A stretch of DNA of 64,000 nucleotides, from positions 52,465 to 116,464 of the forward strand of contig JAHDBW010000001.1 of assembly GCA_020630175.1 (NCBI GenBank), written 5' to 3'. The translations under genes and the position numbers were made by a program. The DNA is from Anaerolineales bacterium. GTDB lineage: Bacteria; Chloroflexota; Anaerolineae; Anaerolineales; UBA6668. Positions 37,144-46,418 of this stretch are shown piece after piece. The stretch's first letter is position 1. Each line of letters starts with the position of its first letter. The notes beneath the pieces were generated by a model. It saw only the letters and a program-made list of their open reading frames with translations, did not search any database and was not told the DNA's origin.

Positions 37144-40100
37144 CTAAAAACGAGATAGCGCAGATTTATATGCATCTAATGCCTGTTGCAACTGATCGTT
37201 GCGCATGTACGCATCGCCAAGCAATTGCATCCACAGTGGGGTAGCTTTATCGCTTTTACCAATATCTTCAAGGTGCGAAACAACAGTGTCTAAATTCTTG
37301 CCAGATTTTACCAACTTCTGGAAAACATCGTAAGCCCGATCATTTTCGCCTTTTTCAAACAGCCCATGGGCATGCTCAATCAGGTTGATGCTGGTAGACG
37401 CTTTTGGTTTTGAGACTTTTACCTGACGTTTGGCGGCCATTTCTGCCCGAATTGCGGCAATGTTTGGGCCTGAAGACGGTGCAGGTGGCTCTGGGATTGG
37501 GATTTGTTTTGGTTCAACAGCAGTTGGTGCTGGCGTTTCCACAACTGGTGTCTCAATCACTGGCGCTGAAGTTTCAATCACTGTGTCTTCAACAACCGCC
37601 TCGACAATCACCTCAGGTAAGTCTTCACTTGGGGCGTCTTCAACAATTTTTTCAACTTTATCGTCGATTGGTGTTAGTCCAGCGTCTTTGCTGGCAGGTG
37701 GCATAGAGATACCAGACCCAAGTGCCCCCAATGGTGCCATACTAATCCCATGTGGCTCTGGTTTGCTATCTAATTCTGGTTCACTTTCAGCGACGATTGG
37801 CTCAGCTGGCAATGGTTTTGTATCAACTTTTGCCCAACCACTTGGTTCCGGATCTTTTTCAACTGGCGCCGGTTTAGCGGCTTGCGTATTCAAATCAAGC
37901 GCCGCTTCTTTAGACGTGTCTAAGTCACCAATAGAATTATCTGCAATAGGCGTTAGCCCGTTTTGCGGTTGTTCTAAGTTCTTTAGCCATTCGGGAACAT
38001 TTTCTGCCCGTGGCAAGTCGATGGCGTCTTCCGCTGGGTCTGTTTTTGCAGGCTCAGGGTCAGGCTGAATGCTGTCTAGCCATGCTTCAGTTTCTTCTAC
38101 AAGTTCATCGGTAGAAGAGACTGGGCTCGTGTCTTCTACATTGGCATTTGTTGCTGTATCAACTGGCTCGGCTTGCGTCGCTTCTTGGAAAATCGTGTTG
38201 ATATCATCTTCGCTTAGCGTTGACGGATTTTCTACCGTTGGCTCACCAAGAATGTCATGCAACCAGCTTGGGTTTTCATCCAAGATTTGTGCTGCAACTT
38301 CTGCCGTGTCGCCTTGACTTTCTTCTGGGCTAATAAATGCTTCCAGTTGATCTAAACCGAGCGGTTCGTCAGTCAGCGGTAAGTCTTGCTGCGGCGCGAC
38401 GGCATCCAAGGTTGGTAGCTCTACTGCGTCATTGACCGAGTCGATCAATTCACTAAGTAGGGGTAGCTCAGCGTCTTCTTCGGCATCAATGCTAGGCACT
38501 TCAACGTCTGGAATAACTGGGGCGCTTTCCAAAGTGGGCAGCGCGTCGGCAACTGCTGGAAGATCCATCTCGGCGGTCGCCTCTGGCACGATCGCGTCTA
38601 AGGTTGGCAATTCAATTTCCGGCGTGATGTCTTCAATACGCTCAGGAATGGATGTTTCTATTGGCGCATCTAAAGTTGGCAATTCGACTTTTTCTTCAGC
38701 GTTATCCAATAGGGCACCTAAATCTGGCAGATCTGCTTCCTCTTCCGTGCCGGCTGTCACTGGGACTGGGGGCGGGAACACCATATCTGCATCAATCTCA
38801 GGCATTGAAATTTCAGGTGCGATTGTTTCTTCAACAATCTCTTCGACCTGCATCGGAAGTTCGTCAGTGACAGGTGTGATGACAGTCTCTGCAATCGCTT
38901 CAATCGGTGGCAGTTCAGCCACTTCACTCTTAGCCGCCTCAGAGATATCTTGGGTGCCTTCTTTTAGCACTGCCATCATATCCAACATGTCCATGTCTTG
39001 TGAATCAGACATGGCATCATCATTCCCAGCAATACTATCAGTCGTCGCAATGGCGCTTTCTTCAATGGCAGGGATGGCAGGTGTTGGTTCTGGTGTTGCA
39101 GCCACAGCATCGACTGCTGGTGTGGCTGCTGTGCCGCCCGCTTCAGCTTGCATTGCTTGATGCAGCCAATCTGGGACATCTAAAGGCTTATCACCAGCGT
39201 CTGCAAACGGATCTTCTTCCGGTTTGCGGAGCCAGTCTGGACTTGTATCTTCAATATTGCTGGTGGCCTTCAGCGTTGGCATTGTGCTGTCTGCTGCTGG
39301 CGTTTGGCGTACCGTTTCGGCGGGCTCAGGCAGCCAGTCTGGCATTTCTGGCACTTCAAATTGTGCAGACCCGGTATCAGCAACAGCGTCAATGGCGGCC
39401 AGAATATCTTCGTCGGGTGTCTCTTCAGCGGTCTTGCTTTTGAGGATTGGCTCAATGCTGGCGCCGTCTTCTTTACTAGGAATGCCAAAGGGGGCTAACC
39501 AGTCTGGTAGTTCACCTTTTTCAAGTTCTTCAACGTTCCCTTCAGTCGCATTAGCGTTGGCCACGATGGCATCTACTGCGGCTTGTGTCATTTCTGGCGC
39601 AGGCGGTTGTTCCACAACTGGCTCTGGATCAGGCGTGATCGGGTCAAGGATGCTTTCTAGAATTGAAGGTGCTTCTGCGTCTTGGATGGCACCAAGCGAT
39701 TCGAGTTCAGGAGCAGCTTCAACGTCTGGCATCAGTGGCTCTGTGTTGGAGACGGGTGGCTGCGTCAGTTCAGCTAAAGGATCGATTGGCGTTTCTGCTG
39801 GTGCAGATTTGGCATTGATCGCTTTTAGCCAATCTGGCAAGTCATCATCAGTCGTTGACTCCATACTGCTAACGCTGTTGTCGTCTTCGGTGAGATTGAA
39901 AATATTTTCCAATGCGGCTTCGTCTGGCTGTAACAATGCGTTGTCTGCGTCGGTTACAGCTTGCTCCGCGTCATTGTCATTTCCTAACCCAAAGATGGAC
40001 GATAAAGCGCCAGTATCCATTGTGGGTGGCTTGCCATCATTGAGCCAGTCCGGAAGACCTTGCTCATCATCATTATCGTTTGGTTGAAAAATAGAATCGT

Positions 40101-41163
40101 TACCAGTCATAGTGTCTACTTCCGTATCGGGGGCTGTTTCGGTTGGACTATCTTTTGTTTCAACCGCTTGGTCTGCCTCTGCCGGAACCGCATCTAATGC
40201 AGGGCTCAGCACCTCGATATCAATTGGTACCATGGGCTGCGTATCACCAAGTGTTTCCGTTGGAGCAACGGCTTCAAACTCAGCATTTGCAGTATGTTGT
40301 TCTTCAATATTGGCAATTTCTTCGGCAACTGTCAACTCTTCATCAATTTGAGGTAGGGCGACTTGTGTTGTTGCAGCGGCAATTGCTAATTTCTCGACCT
40401 CGATTTTGATCGGCGCAACGTAATGCGTTGCGTCTAGTTCAGCGAGATCGGTGACGTGTTCGTAATAAGGGTCTAACTCTTTTAAAGCGAGATGATGCGG
40501 CCGTGAGCGCTCATAAACACCGGCCTCTTGCCAGATGCTCGCCAGCATATGGTGGGCAGGGCGGCAATTCGGCAAGCTTTTGAGCAATGCATCGCAGGTT
40601 TCCGTTGCAGCTTCTGTTTTGTCGCTCTTCCATTGCGCTTCCGCAAGAATGAGTTTCAGGTCAGCGCGTTCGGGTTGTTCACCAAGTGCCACTTGGCTTT
40701 CTGCAATCGCCTGATCAAACAAGTCGCCGTTTAGATATAAGCGGCACAATGCGCCGCGCGTTAATAGAATGCGTTCTGGCGCAGTCCCGTCTCGTTTTTC
40801 GTACAGGGCGGAAAGTTGACGGCGCACCGTATTGTTGCTTGGTTCGCTCTCAAACGCGCGCTCTGCGTGCCAGATCGCGTCGGTAATGTCATTCCGTTGT
40901 TCCAATACTGTGGCTAAGCCAATATGGGCGGCCTCATCTGCTGGCTCGGCAGACAACACCCGTTGGAACATTTCTTTGGCGCTAGCAAGATCTTCAATTG
41001 CTAAAAATGCATGCCCCATTGCACGGTAGACGGCAATATTCTTTGGATACAGCTCAACCAAATGCCGCAAGTGGGCAATTGCTTGGTTGGTGGCACCGGT
41101 GCTAATTAGAGTATCAATCTCAGTAAGATAATCTCGGAAGGCAATTTTGGACATTTTACGCAA
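37144..41163 (-). CDS. Giant TPR protein with a ~1000-aa acidic low-complexity core
   Basis: 1339 aa. TPR-like helices occupy aa 1-240 and 1255-1339. Between them lies a Glu/Asp/Pro/Ala/Thr-rich region. There is no signal peptide or TM helix. Confidence 0.8.
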   Translation of the reverse strand: MRKMSKIAFRDYLTEIDTLISTGATNQAIAHLRHLVELYPKNIAVYRAMGHAFLAIEDLASAKEMFQRVLSAEPADEAAHIGLATVLEQRNDITDAIWHAERAFESEPSNNTVRRQLSALYEKRDGTAPERILLTRGALCRLYLNGDLFDQAIAESQVALGEQPERADLKLILAEAQWKSDKTEAATETCDALLKSLPNCRPAHHMLASIWQEAGVYERSRPHHLALKELDPYYEHVTDLAELDATHYVAPIKIEVEKLAIAAATTQVALPQIDEELTVAEEIANIEEQHTANAEFEAVAPTETLGDTQPMVPIDIEVLSPALDAVPAEADQAVETKDSPTETAPDTEVDTMTGNDSIFQPNDNDDEQGLPDWLNDGKPPTMDTGALSSIFGLGNDNDAEQAVTDADNALLQPDEAALENIFNLTEDDNSVSSMESTTDDDLPDWLKAINAKSAPAETPIDPLAELTQPPVSNTEPLMPDVEAAPELESLGAIQDAEAPSILESILDPITPDPEPVVEQPPAPEMTQAAVDAIVANANATEGNVEELEKGELPDWLAPFGIPSKEDGASIEPILKSKTAEETPDEDILAAIDAVADTGSAQFEVPEMPDWLPEPAETVRQTPAADSTMPTLKATSNIEDTSPDWLRKPEEDPFADAGDKPLDVPDWLHQAMQAEAGGTAATPAVDAVAATPEPTPAIPAIEESAIATTDSIAGNDDAMSDSQDMDMLDMMAVLKEGTQDISEAAKSEVAELPPIEAIAETVITPVTDELPMQVEEIVEETIAPEISMPEIDADMVFPPPVPVTAGTEEEADLPDLGALLDNAEEKVELPTLDAPIETSIPERIEDITPEIELPTLDAIVPEATAEMDLPAVADALPTLESAPVIPDVEVPSIDAEEDAELPLLSELIDSVNDAVELPTLDAVAPQQDLPLTDEPLGLDQLEAFISPEESQGDTAEVAAQILDENPSWLHDILGEPTVENPSTLSEDDINTIFQEATQAEPVDTATNANVEDTSPVSSTDELVEETEAWLDSIQPDPEPAKTDPAEDAIDLPRAENVPEWLKNLEQPQNGLTPIADNSIGDLDTSKEAALDLNTQAAKPAPVEKDPEPSGWAKVDTKPLPAEPIVAESEPELDSKPEPHGISMAPLGALGSGISMPPASKDAGLTPIDDKVEKIVEDAPSEDLPEVIVEAVVEDTVIETSAPVIETPVVETPAPTAVEPKQIPIPEPPAPSSGPNIAAIRAEMAAKRQVKVSKPKASTSINLIEHAHGLFEKGENDRAYDVFQKLVKSGKNLDTVVSHLEDIGKSDKATPLWMQLLGDAYMRNDQLQQALDAYKSALSRF
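37984..40053 (-). repeat. Array of nine short [P/A]-[D/E/S]-W-L peptide motifs encoded within the TPR gene
   Basis: PDWL occurs at aa 371, 443, 553, 608, 642 and 664. Variants are PSWL at 965, EAWL at 1026 and PEWL at 1057. The first and last were verified on the DNA (40042-40053 and 37984-37995). Confidence 0.85.
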
Positions 41164-41208
41164 ATACTAGTGAACTTAAAGCGCTAAACAATACTACGAC
41201 TTAGTATA

Positions 41209-42231
41209 CTATAGGCCTTGGATCTGACCTATTCTGGCCAGTACTTTAGCGATGGAAGGCGTGTGCATTGTTGGCGGTGCCTCATCAGTTTGTAACGATT
41301 GCCCTAAAACGCCGGCAATTGTTGCTGCAACACCATTCCCCAGTCCCACTAAGTCATAACCGCCTTCTAGCACAAATGCTAAACGGCCTTCACATACCTC
41401 AGCTGCTAACTGTGTAAGCGCAGCGCCAAGCCATTGAAAGCCAGCTGCAGTGTAATTCAGGCTAGCTAATGGGTCTCGGAAATGGCCGTCATATCCAGCA
41501 GAGATCAAGATAAAGTCTGGCTCAAATCTGGTGATGGCAGGCTTTACAAGTTGCTCATAGGCCTGCTGCAACCCAGCATCATCTGTGTGGGCAGGCACTG
41601 GAATATTCAGCGTTGTGCCTTGACCGCGGCCCGCACCAGTCTCTTGAATAGTGCCAGACCCCGGATAGATGCCGTCTTGGTGCATTGAGATAAACAGCAC
41701 CGAGTCATTCGCATAGAAAATATCTTGCGTGCCGTTGCCGTGATGCACATCAAAATCAAAAATGGCCACGCGCTTATAGCCTAGCTTTTGGGCATGGCAA
41801 GCTGCAACAGCAACGTTATTGACTAAACAAAATCCCATTGCCTGATCTGGTGGGGCGTGATGCCCCGGTGGACGTGCAATTGAAAAGCCAACGCTGCCCG
41901 CATGTTCTGCAACATACTCTACGATTGCAAGTGCCGCGCCACAAGCGTCCAATGCAAGGTTGTAGGACTCTTTTGTGATGTAAGTGGGGGCATGATCTAG
42001 GTGACCGGGAGCCTTTTCCATCACGGCTTTTAGCGCATCAAGATAGTCTGGCATGTGCGCGCGAGTGATTTGCTTCACGAGCGCTGGCGCATAAGGCAGC
42101 TTTGTGAGTTGCTCAGTTAGCCCGTAGGCTTGCAATGCGCCCACAATGGCCGTTACGCGCTGATTGTTTTCAGGATGTGTCTCCTCGTTATGTGCTAACG
42201 ATTCAACAACAGAATAAACCACAGATGTCAT
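41209..42231 (-). CDS. Histone deacetylase-family (class II HDAC / AcuC-like) deacetylase
   Basis: The ORF extends to 42270. ATG 42231 is preferred because the hppA terminator abuts the longer form. Motifs are PPGHHAPPDQAMGFCLVNN and DFDVHHGNGTQ. Confidence 0.85.
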   Translation of the reverse strand: MTSVVYSVVESLAHNEETHPENNQRVTAIVGALQAYGLTEQLTKLPYAPALVKQITRAHMPDYLDALKAVMEKAPGHLDHAPTYITKESYNLALDACGAALAIVEYVAEHAGSVGFSIARPPGHHAPPDQAMGFCLVNNVAVAACHAQKLGYKRVAIFDFDVHHGNGTQDIFYANDSVLFISMHQDGIYPGSGTIQETGAGRGQGTTLNIPVPAHTDDAGLQQAYEQLVKPAITRFEPDFILISAGYDGHFRDPLASLNYTAAGFQWLGAALTQLAAEVCEGRLAFVLEGGYDLVGLGNGVAATIAGVLGQSLQTDEAPPTMHTPSIAKVLARIGQIQGL

Positions 42232-42264
42232 AAGTTTGATTGTAAACGGTTTGCGTATTTTCAC

Positions 42265-42301
42265 AAACAAAAAAGGGCTTTCGTTTGCACGAAAACCCTT
42301 T
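42265..42301 (-). terminator. Rho-independent terminator of hppA (minus strand)
   Basis: The minus strand reads AAAGGGTTTTCG-tgcaaa-CGAAAGCCCTTT followed by TTTGTTTG. Confidence 0.75.
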
Positions 42302-42335
42302 TTGTTTTGTTTTTTAGCGTTTGTTCTGTCTAGTT

Positions 42336-44543
42336 TTAGAAGAACATGCTGATAAGGCCGAAGCCACCAGAGGTTGCGGCAACAACACCTGCGAACACCA
42401 CTGAAACCATGCTCATCAACTTGATCAAGATGTTGAGTGATGGGCCACTGGTATCTTTGAAGGGGTCACCGACGGTGTCACCAACAACGGTCGCTTTGTG
42501 GGTTTCTGAACCCTTACCACCGTGTGCGCCAGCTTCAACGTATTTTTTAGCGTTGTCCCAGGCACCACCGGCGTTTGACATCATAACTGCCATTACGAAA
42601 CCAGTTGAAAGACCACCAGCCAAGAGGCCGATAACACCCGCAACACCGAAAATGATCCCGACTGCAATTGGAATTACAATCGCGAGAACTGCTGGTGCAG
42701 TCATTTCTTTTTGGGCAGCTAGGGTTGAAATTTCAACACAGCGTTTGTAGTCTGGCTTTTGTGAGCCATCCATAATGCCAGGGTATTCGCGGAATTGACG
42801 GCGAACTTCTTGTACCATCGCGCCAGCAGCACGACCAACAGCTTCCATTGTCATTGCTGAGAAGAAGAATACTGCCATTGCGCCTAAGAACAAACCGATC
42901 AGGGTAGATGGGTTCATCAGAGTCACGTTGTAGTGTGACATGAAGTCCTCGATGGTTGCGGTTGCAGCGCTAACGCCGTTTACAAGTGCGTCGCCACCAA
43001 GTGAGTCGCGAATTTGTTCAATGTATGCAGCGATCAGGGCTAGTGCGGTAAGTGCAGCACTACCGATTGCAAAGCCTTTACCGGTTGCAGCGGTGGTGTT
43101 ACCGACTGAGTCGAGTTGGTCGGTGCGTTCGCGAACTTCTGGTGGCAGACCAGCCATTTCAGCGTTACCACCAGCGTTGTCTGCAATTGGGCCGTATGCA
43201 TCAGTCGCGAGTGTAATGCCCAAAGTTGAGAGCATTGCCACTGCGGCTAAACCAACACCGTAGAGACCGAAGAGTGTGTTAGCACTCCCGCCTGAGATGT
43301 AGAAGCTGACTGCGATACCGATCACAACGGTAACCACAGGGATCCACGTTGAGCGCATCCCAACTGCCAACCCTTGAATAATTACGGTAGCAGCGCCACT
43401 TTCACCTTGCGCGGTAATTGATCGTGTTGGTGCATATTCAGCAGAGGTGTAGCGTTCGGTTGCTTTACCAATCGTAATCCCAACCAAAATGCCGGTTACA
43501 ACGCTAATCCAGAGCGCTGTTGGGCCTTCAATAAGATTGAATGCCCGAATGATGAAGAATGAAACAACTGCAACACCGGCTGCAGAAGCGTTGATCCCGC
43601 GATCAAGCGCGCCCATCAATTCGTGTGCTGTTGCATCTTCTTTGGTTTGAACCAAGAAGGTGCCCAGTACAGAAATGATTGCACCAGCGCCAGCGATTGC
43701 CATTGGTAATGACAAGTATTGCATTTGTGCAGGAACGCTTGCAGCAATGTCTGGGGCGGTGGTGGCGATTGCAGCAACACCGAGTGAAGCCGTTGCCAAA
43801 ATTGAACCCATATATGATTCATAGAGATCAGCACCCATACCAGCTACGTCACCAACGTTGTCACCAACGTTGTCTGCAATGGTTGCTGGGTTGCGGGGAT
43901 CGTCTTCTGGAATACCAGCTTCAACTTTACCAACGAGGTCAGCGCCAACATCAGCTGCTTTGGTGAAGATACCCCCACCGACGCGTGCGAACAATGCTTG
44001 GGTTGATGCACCAAACGCGCCACCTAGCAAAATCGCCATGATGTTTGTCAAGCTCAATGATTGATCTACTAAGAACAAAATCAAGAAGATGACAGATACG
44101 TTGATCAATGCAAACCCAACCACTGAAAGACCCATAACAGCACCAGCGCGGAAGGCAACTTGGAGGCCATCGTTGAGGCTTGTGCGGGCTGCAGCGGCAG
44201 TACGTGCGCTAGCATTGGTTGCTGTTTTCATCCCAATGTAACCGGTTAGGGTACTAAATACACCACCAACCAAGAACACAAATGGAACGTACATGCTTTG
44301 TAGTCCAGTTAGGGCCAGGACTAGAAAGACTACGAACAGACCAACAAAAACCATTGCAACAATGCGGTATTGGCTAGCGAGGTAAGCCATGGCTCCCTCA
44401 CGAACTGCCTGCGCAATCTCTTTCATTTGGTCGGTGCCTTCGTCGTTCGACATAACCGAACGGTAGAATAGGAAGGCGGAGATTAGGGCGACAGCCGCCC
44501 CGATCGGTGCCAGCCACCAAAGTGCTGGTAAGTTACTTAACAT
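42336..44543 (-). CDS. hppA: Membrane-bound H+/Na+-translocating pyrophosphatase
   Basis: 735 aa and polytopic, with the motifs FTKAADVGADLVGKVE, DNVGDNVGD and GDTVGDPFKDT. Confidence 0.95.
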   Translation of the reverse strand: MLSNLPALWWLAPIGAAVALISAFLFYRSVMSNDEGTDQMKEIAQAVREGAMAYLASQYRIVAMVFVGLFVVFLVLALTGLQSMYVPFVFLVGGVFSTLTGYIGMKTATNASARTAAAARTSLNDGLQVAFRAGAVMGLSVVGFALINVSVIFLILFLVDQSLSLTNIMAILLGGAFGASTQALFARVGGGIFTKAADVGADLVGKVEAGIPEDDPRNPATIADNVGDNVGDVAGMGADLYESYMGSILATASLGVAAIATTAPDIAASVPAQMQYLSLPMAIAGAGAIISVLGTFLVQTKEDATAHELMGALDRGINASAAGVAVVSFFIIRAFNLIEGPTALWISVVTGILVGITIGKATERYTSAEYAPTRSITAQGESGAATVIIQGLAVGMRSTWIPVVTVVIGIAVSFYISGGSANTLFGLYGVGLAAVAMLSTLGITLATDAYGPIADNAGGNAEMAGLPPEVRERTDQLDSVGNTTAATGKGFAIGSAALTALALIAAYIEQIRDSLGGDALVNGVSAATATIEDFMSHYNVTLMNPSTLIGLFLGAMAVFFFSAMTMEAVGRAAGAMVQEVRRQFREYPGIMDGSQKPDYKRCVEISTLAAQKEMTAPAVLAIVIPIAVGIIFGVAGVIGLLAGGLSTGFVMAVMMSNAGGAWDNAKKYVEAGAHGGKGSETHKATVVGDTVGDPFKDTSGPSLNILIKLMSMVSVVFAGVVAATSGGFGLISMFF

Positions 44544-44766
44544 AAACCGAATCCTCTTTCTCTTTTTTTAAAGAATTTTTATTTAGTTGAAAGAATCGAA
44601 AAATTCTTTCAGCTTGCTTTAATGTTATTTCGGGCGGAATTGTAGTGGGCAGGGTAGCATGTGTCAACGTTTGAATGATGCAGCGCTATGTCCGTAGGCA
44701 ACAATGTAATGTCTGGCTTAGACGATTGTAAATTTCCGTATCAATTACCTAGAGTGCAACGCGACT

Positions 44767-45678
44767 TTGATTACAGCCAATAACTTATTAAAAACATTTG
44801 GAAGCCGAAACGCAGTTAATGGCGTGTCGTTTGCTTTAAATAAAGGCGAAGTTGTGGGATTGCTTGGGCCTAACGGCGCCGGCAAAACAACAATTATGCG
44901 GTTGCTAACCGGTTATTTACAGCCAGACGGCGGATCTATCACCATCGATGGTGCGCAAATTGAACCACAATCGCATGCGTTTAAGCAGCGAATCGGATAC
45001 CTGCCAGAAACAGTGCCACTTTATGAAGATTTGTCTGTTAATCAGTATTTGGTCTATTTTGCCAAGCTCTACGCATTAGAAAATCGTAATACTAAGATCA
45101 CACAAGCACTCCATGTAGTAGATTTATTAGATCGCCAAGAATCGCTAGTGGGAAACTTATCAAAAGGGATGCGCCAACGTTTGGGATTAGCGCGGGCCAT
45201 CCTGCATGATCCCGATATTCTCTTGCTGGATGAACCCACAATTGGGCTGGATCCGGCGCAAGTGGTTGATATTCGGGCGCTAATTCAAAAGCTAGGGCAA
45301 ACAAAGACCGTGTTATTTTCCACCCACATTTTGGCGGAAGCACAAGAGACCTGTGATCGATTGATTATTTTACGTGAAGGCGCAGTTGTGGCGGAAGGTG
45401 ATGTGGCGACATTAGCCGCCAAGCTAGTGCCGCAAACGGCAGTTGATGTGCAAGTGCAAGACAGCACCGGCTTTGAAACGTTTGTCACGAGCCGTGCCTG
45501 GTGCCAATCAGTAAGCCAGACTGCGGCAGCGCGGTTTGTCTTGTATTTAGAGCCAGCCGTTAGCAAGAGCGATATTTTGGCAGAGATCGTCGGGCAGGGC
45601 TTTGCGGTTGATGCGTTTACTGCGCTTGAAAACAACTTGGAAGATATTTATCTAGACTTGCTCACACAGAGCAGCTAA
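44767..45678 (+). CDS. ABC transporter ATP-binding protein (GldA-like, ABC-2 subfamily)
   Basis: 303 aa with Walker A (GPNGAGKTT), signature (LSKGMRQR) and Walker B (LLLDEPTIGLD). The start is TTG. Confidence 0.9.
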   Translation: MITANNLLKTFGSRNAVNGVSFALNKGEVVGLLGPNGAGKTTIMRLLTGYLQPDGGSITIDGAQIEPQSHAFKQRIGYLPETVPLYEDLSVNQYLVYFAKLYALENRNTKITQALHVVDLLDRQESLVGNLSKGMRQRLGLARAILHDPDILLLDEPTIGLDPAQVVDIRALIQKLGQTKTVLFSTHILAEAQETCDRLIILREGAVVAEGDVATLAAKLVPQTAVDVQVQDSTGFETFVTSRAWCQSVSQTAAARFVLYLEPAVSKSDILAEIVGQGFAVDAFTALENNLEDIYLDLLTQSS

Positions 45679-45685
45679 TTCAAAT

Positions 45686-46411
45686 ATGCGCGTCTTTACA
45701 ATTGCGTGGCGTGAATTTCGCCAATACTTTACCGGTGTCGGGGGCTATATCTTTGTCCTTTTATATATGGTGATTCTGGGGTTGATCTTTATTTCCTCTG
45801 TTCAGCCGGGACAACCATTGCAAACGGGCGTGATCAACAGTGCGTTTCTAACCTTGGCTTTGTTTACCGCACCGTTTATGACCATGCGCACATTTGCCGG
45901 TGAACGTCAGCGCGGCACGTTAGAACTGCTACAGCTAACGCCAGTCACGCATTGGCAGCTTGTGATTGGCAAATGGCTGGGCGTGTTTGGATTGGCGCTT
46001 GTGATTGTGCTGACTGCACTTTGGTTGCCGATTAGCGCGTTGTTATTTGCCAATTTAGACCTTGGGTCTATTTATGCGGTGTTTTTTGGCGCGCTCTGTG
46101 TTTTTGCCGCAACGTTGGCGATTGGCATTTTCTCTTCAGTTGTTGCCAAAACGGTATTGGCTTCAGTGGCAATTTCTAGCGTGATCACGCTCACGCTTTG
46201 GGTGATTGGGCTAGCCGCCGCAACGCTGGAGTTAGGCTTGATTGGCTTACCAGAATCCGTCACAACAGTCATTCGCTATTCAGATCTCAGCAGTCACTTT
46301 CGCGATAGCTTCGCGCAAGGCGTAATTGATAGCAGCGATTTGATCTATTTTGCCTCGCTAACGATTGGGTTCTTGTCCATTGCGACCGCAAGCTTGCAGC
46401 GGCAACGTTAG
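45686..46411 (+). CDS. ABC-2 type permease (GldF-like)
   Basis: 241 aa with six hydrophobic helices. The start (FTIAWREFRQYF) is typical of the family. Confidence 0.7.
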   Translation: MRVFTIAWREFRQYFTGVGGYIFVLLYMVILGLIFISSVQPGQPLQTGVINSAFLTLALFTAPFMTMRTFAGERQRGTLELLQLTPVTHWQLVIGKWLGVFGLALVIVLTALWLPISALLFANLDLGSIYAVFFGALCVFAATLAIGIFSSVVAKTVLASVAISSVITLTLWVIGLAAATLELGLIGLPESVTTVIRYSDLSSHFRDSFAQGVIDSSDLIYFASLTIGFLSIATASLQRQR

Positions 46412-46418
46412 CGCACTT

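Noticed and set aside
38374-38733. Recurrent DNA words (for example ggttggcaattc...) that at first looked like a short tandem or CRISPR-like repeat.
   Set aside because: They are the coding image of the (V/I)ELPTLDA peptide repeats. The spacing is irregular, and there are no uniform repeat/spacer units or cas genes.
37430-40087. Three long plus-strand ORFs (212, 242 and 287 aa, Ser/Gly/Ala-rich) inside the TPR gene region.
   Set aside because: They are the antisense reading of an Asp/Glu/Pro/Ala-rich coding sequence: GAN, CCN and GCN codons read backwards stay stop-free. They have no starts with ribosome-binding sites and no recognisable motifs. The minus-strand frame is continuous for 1339 codons with TPR ends.
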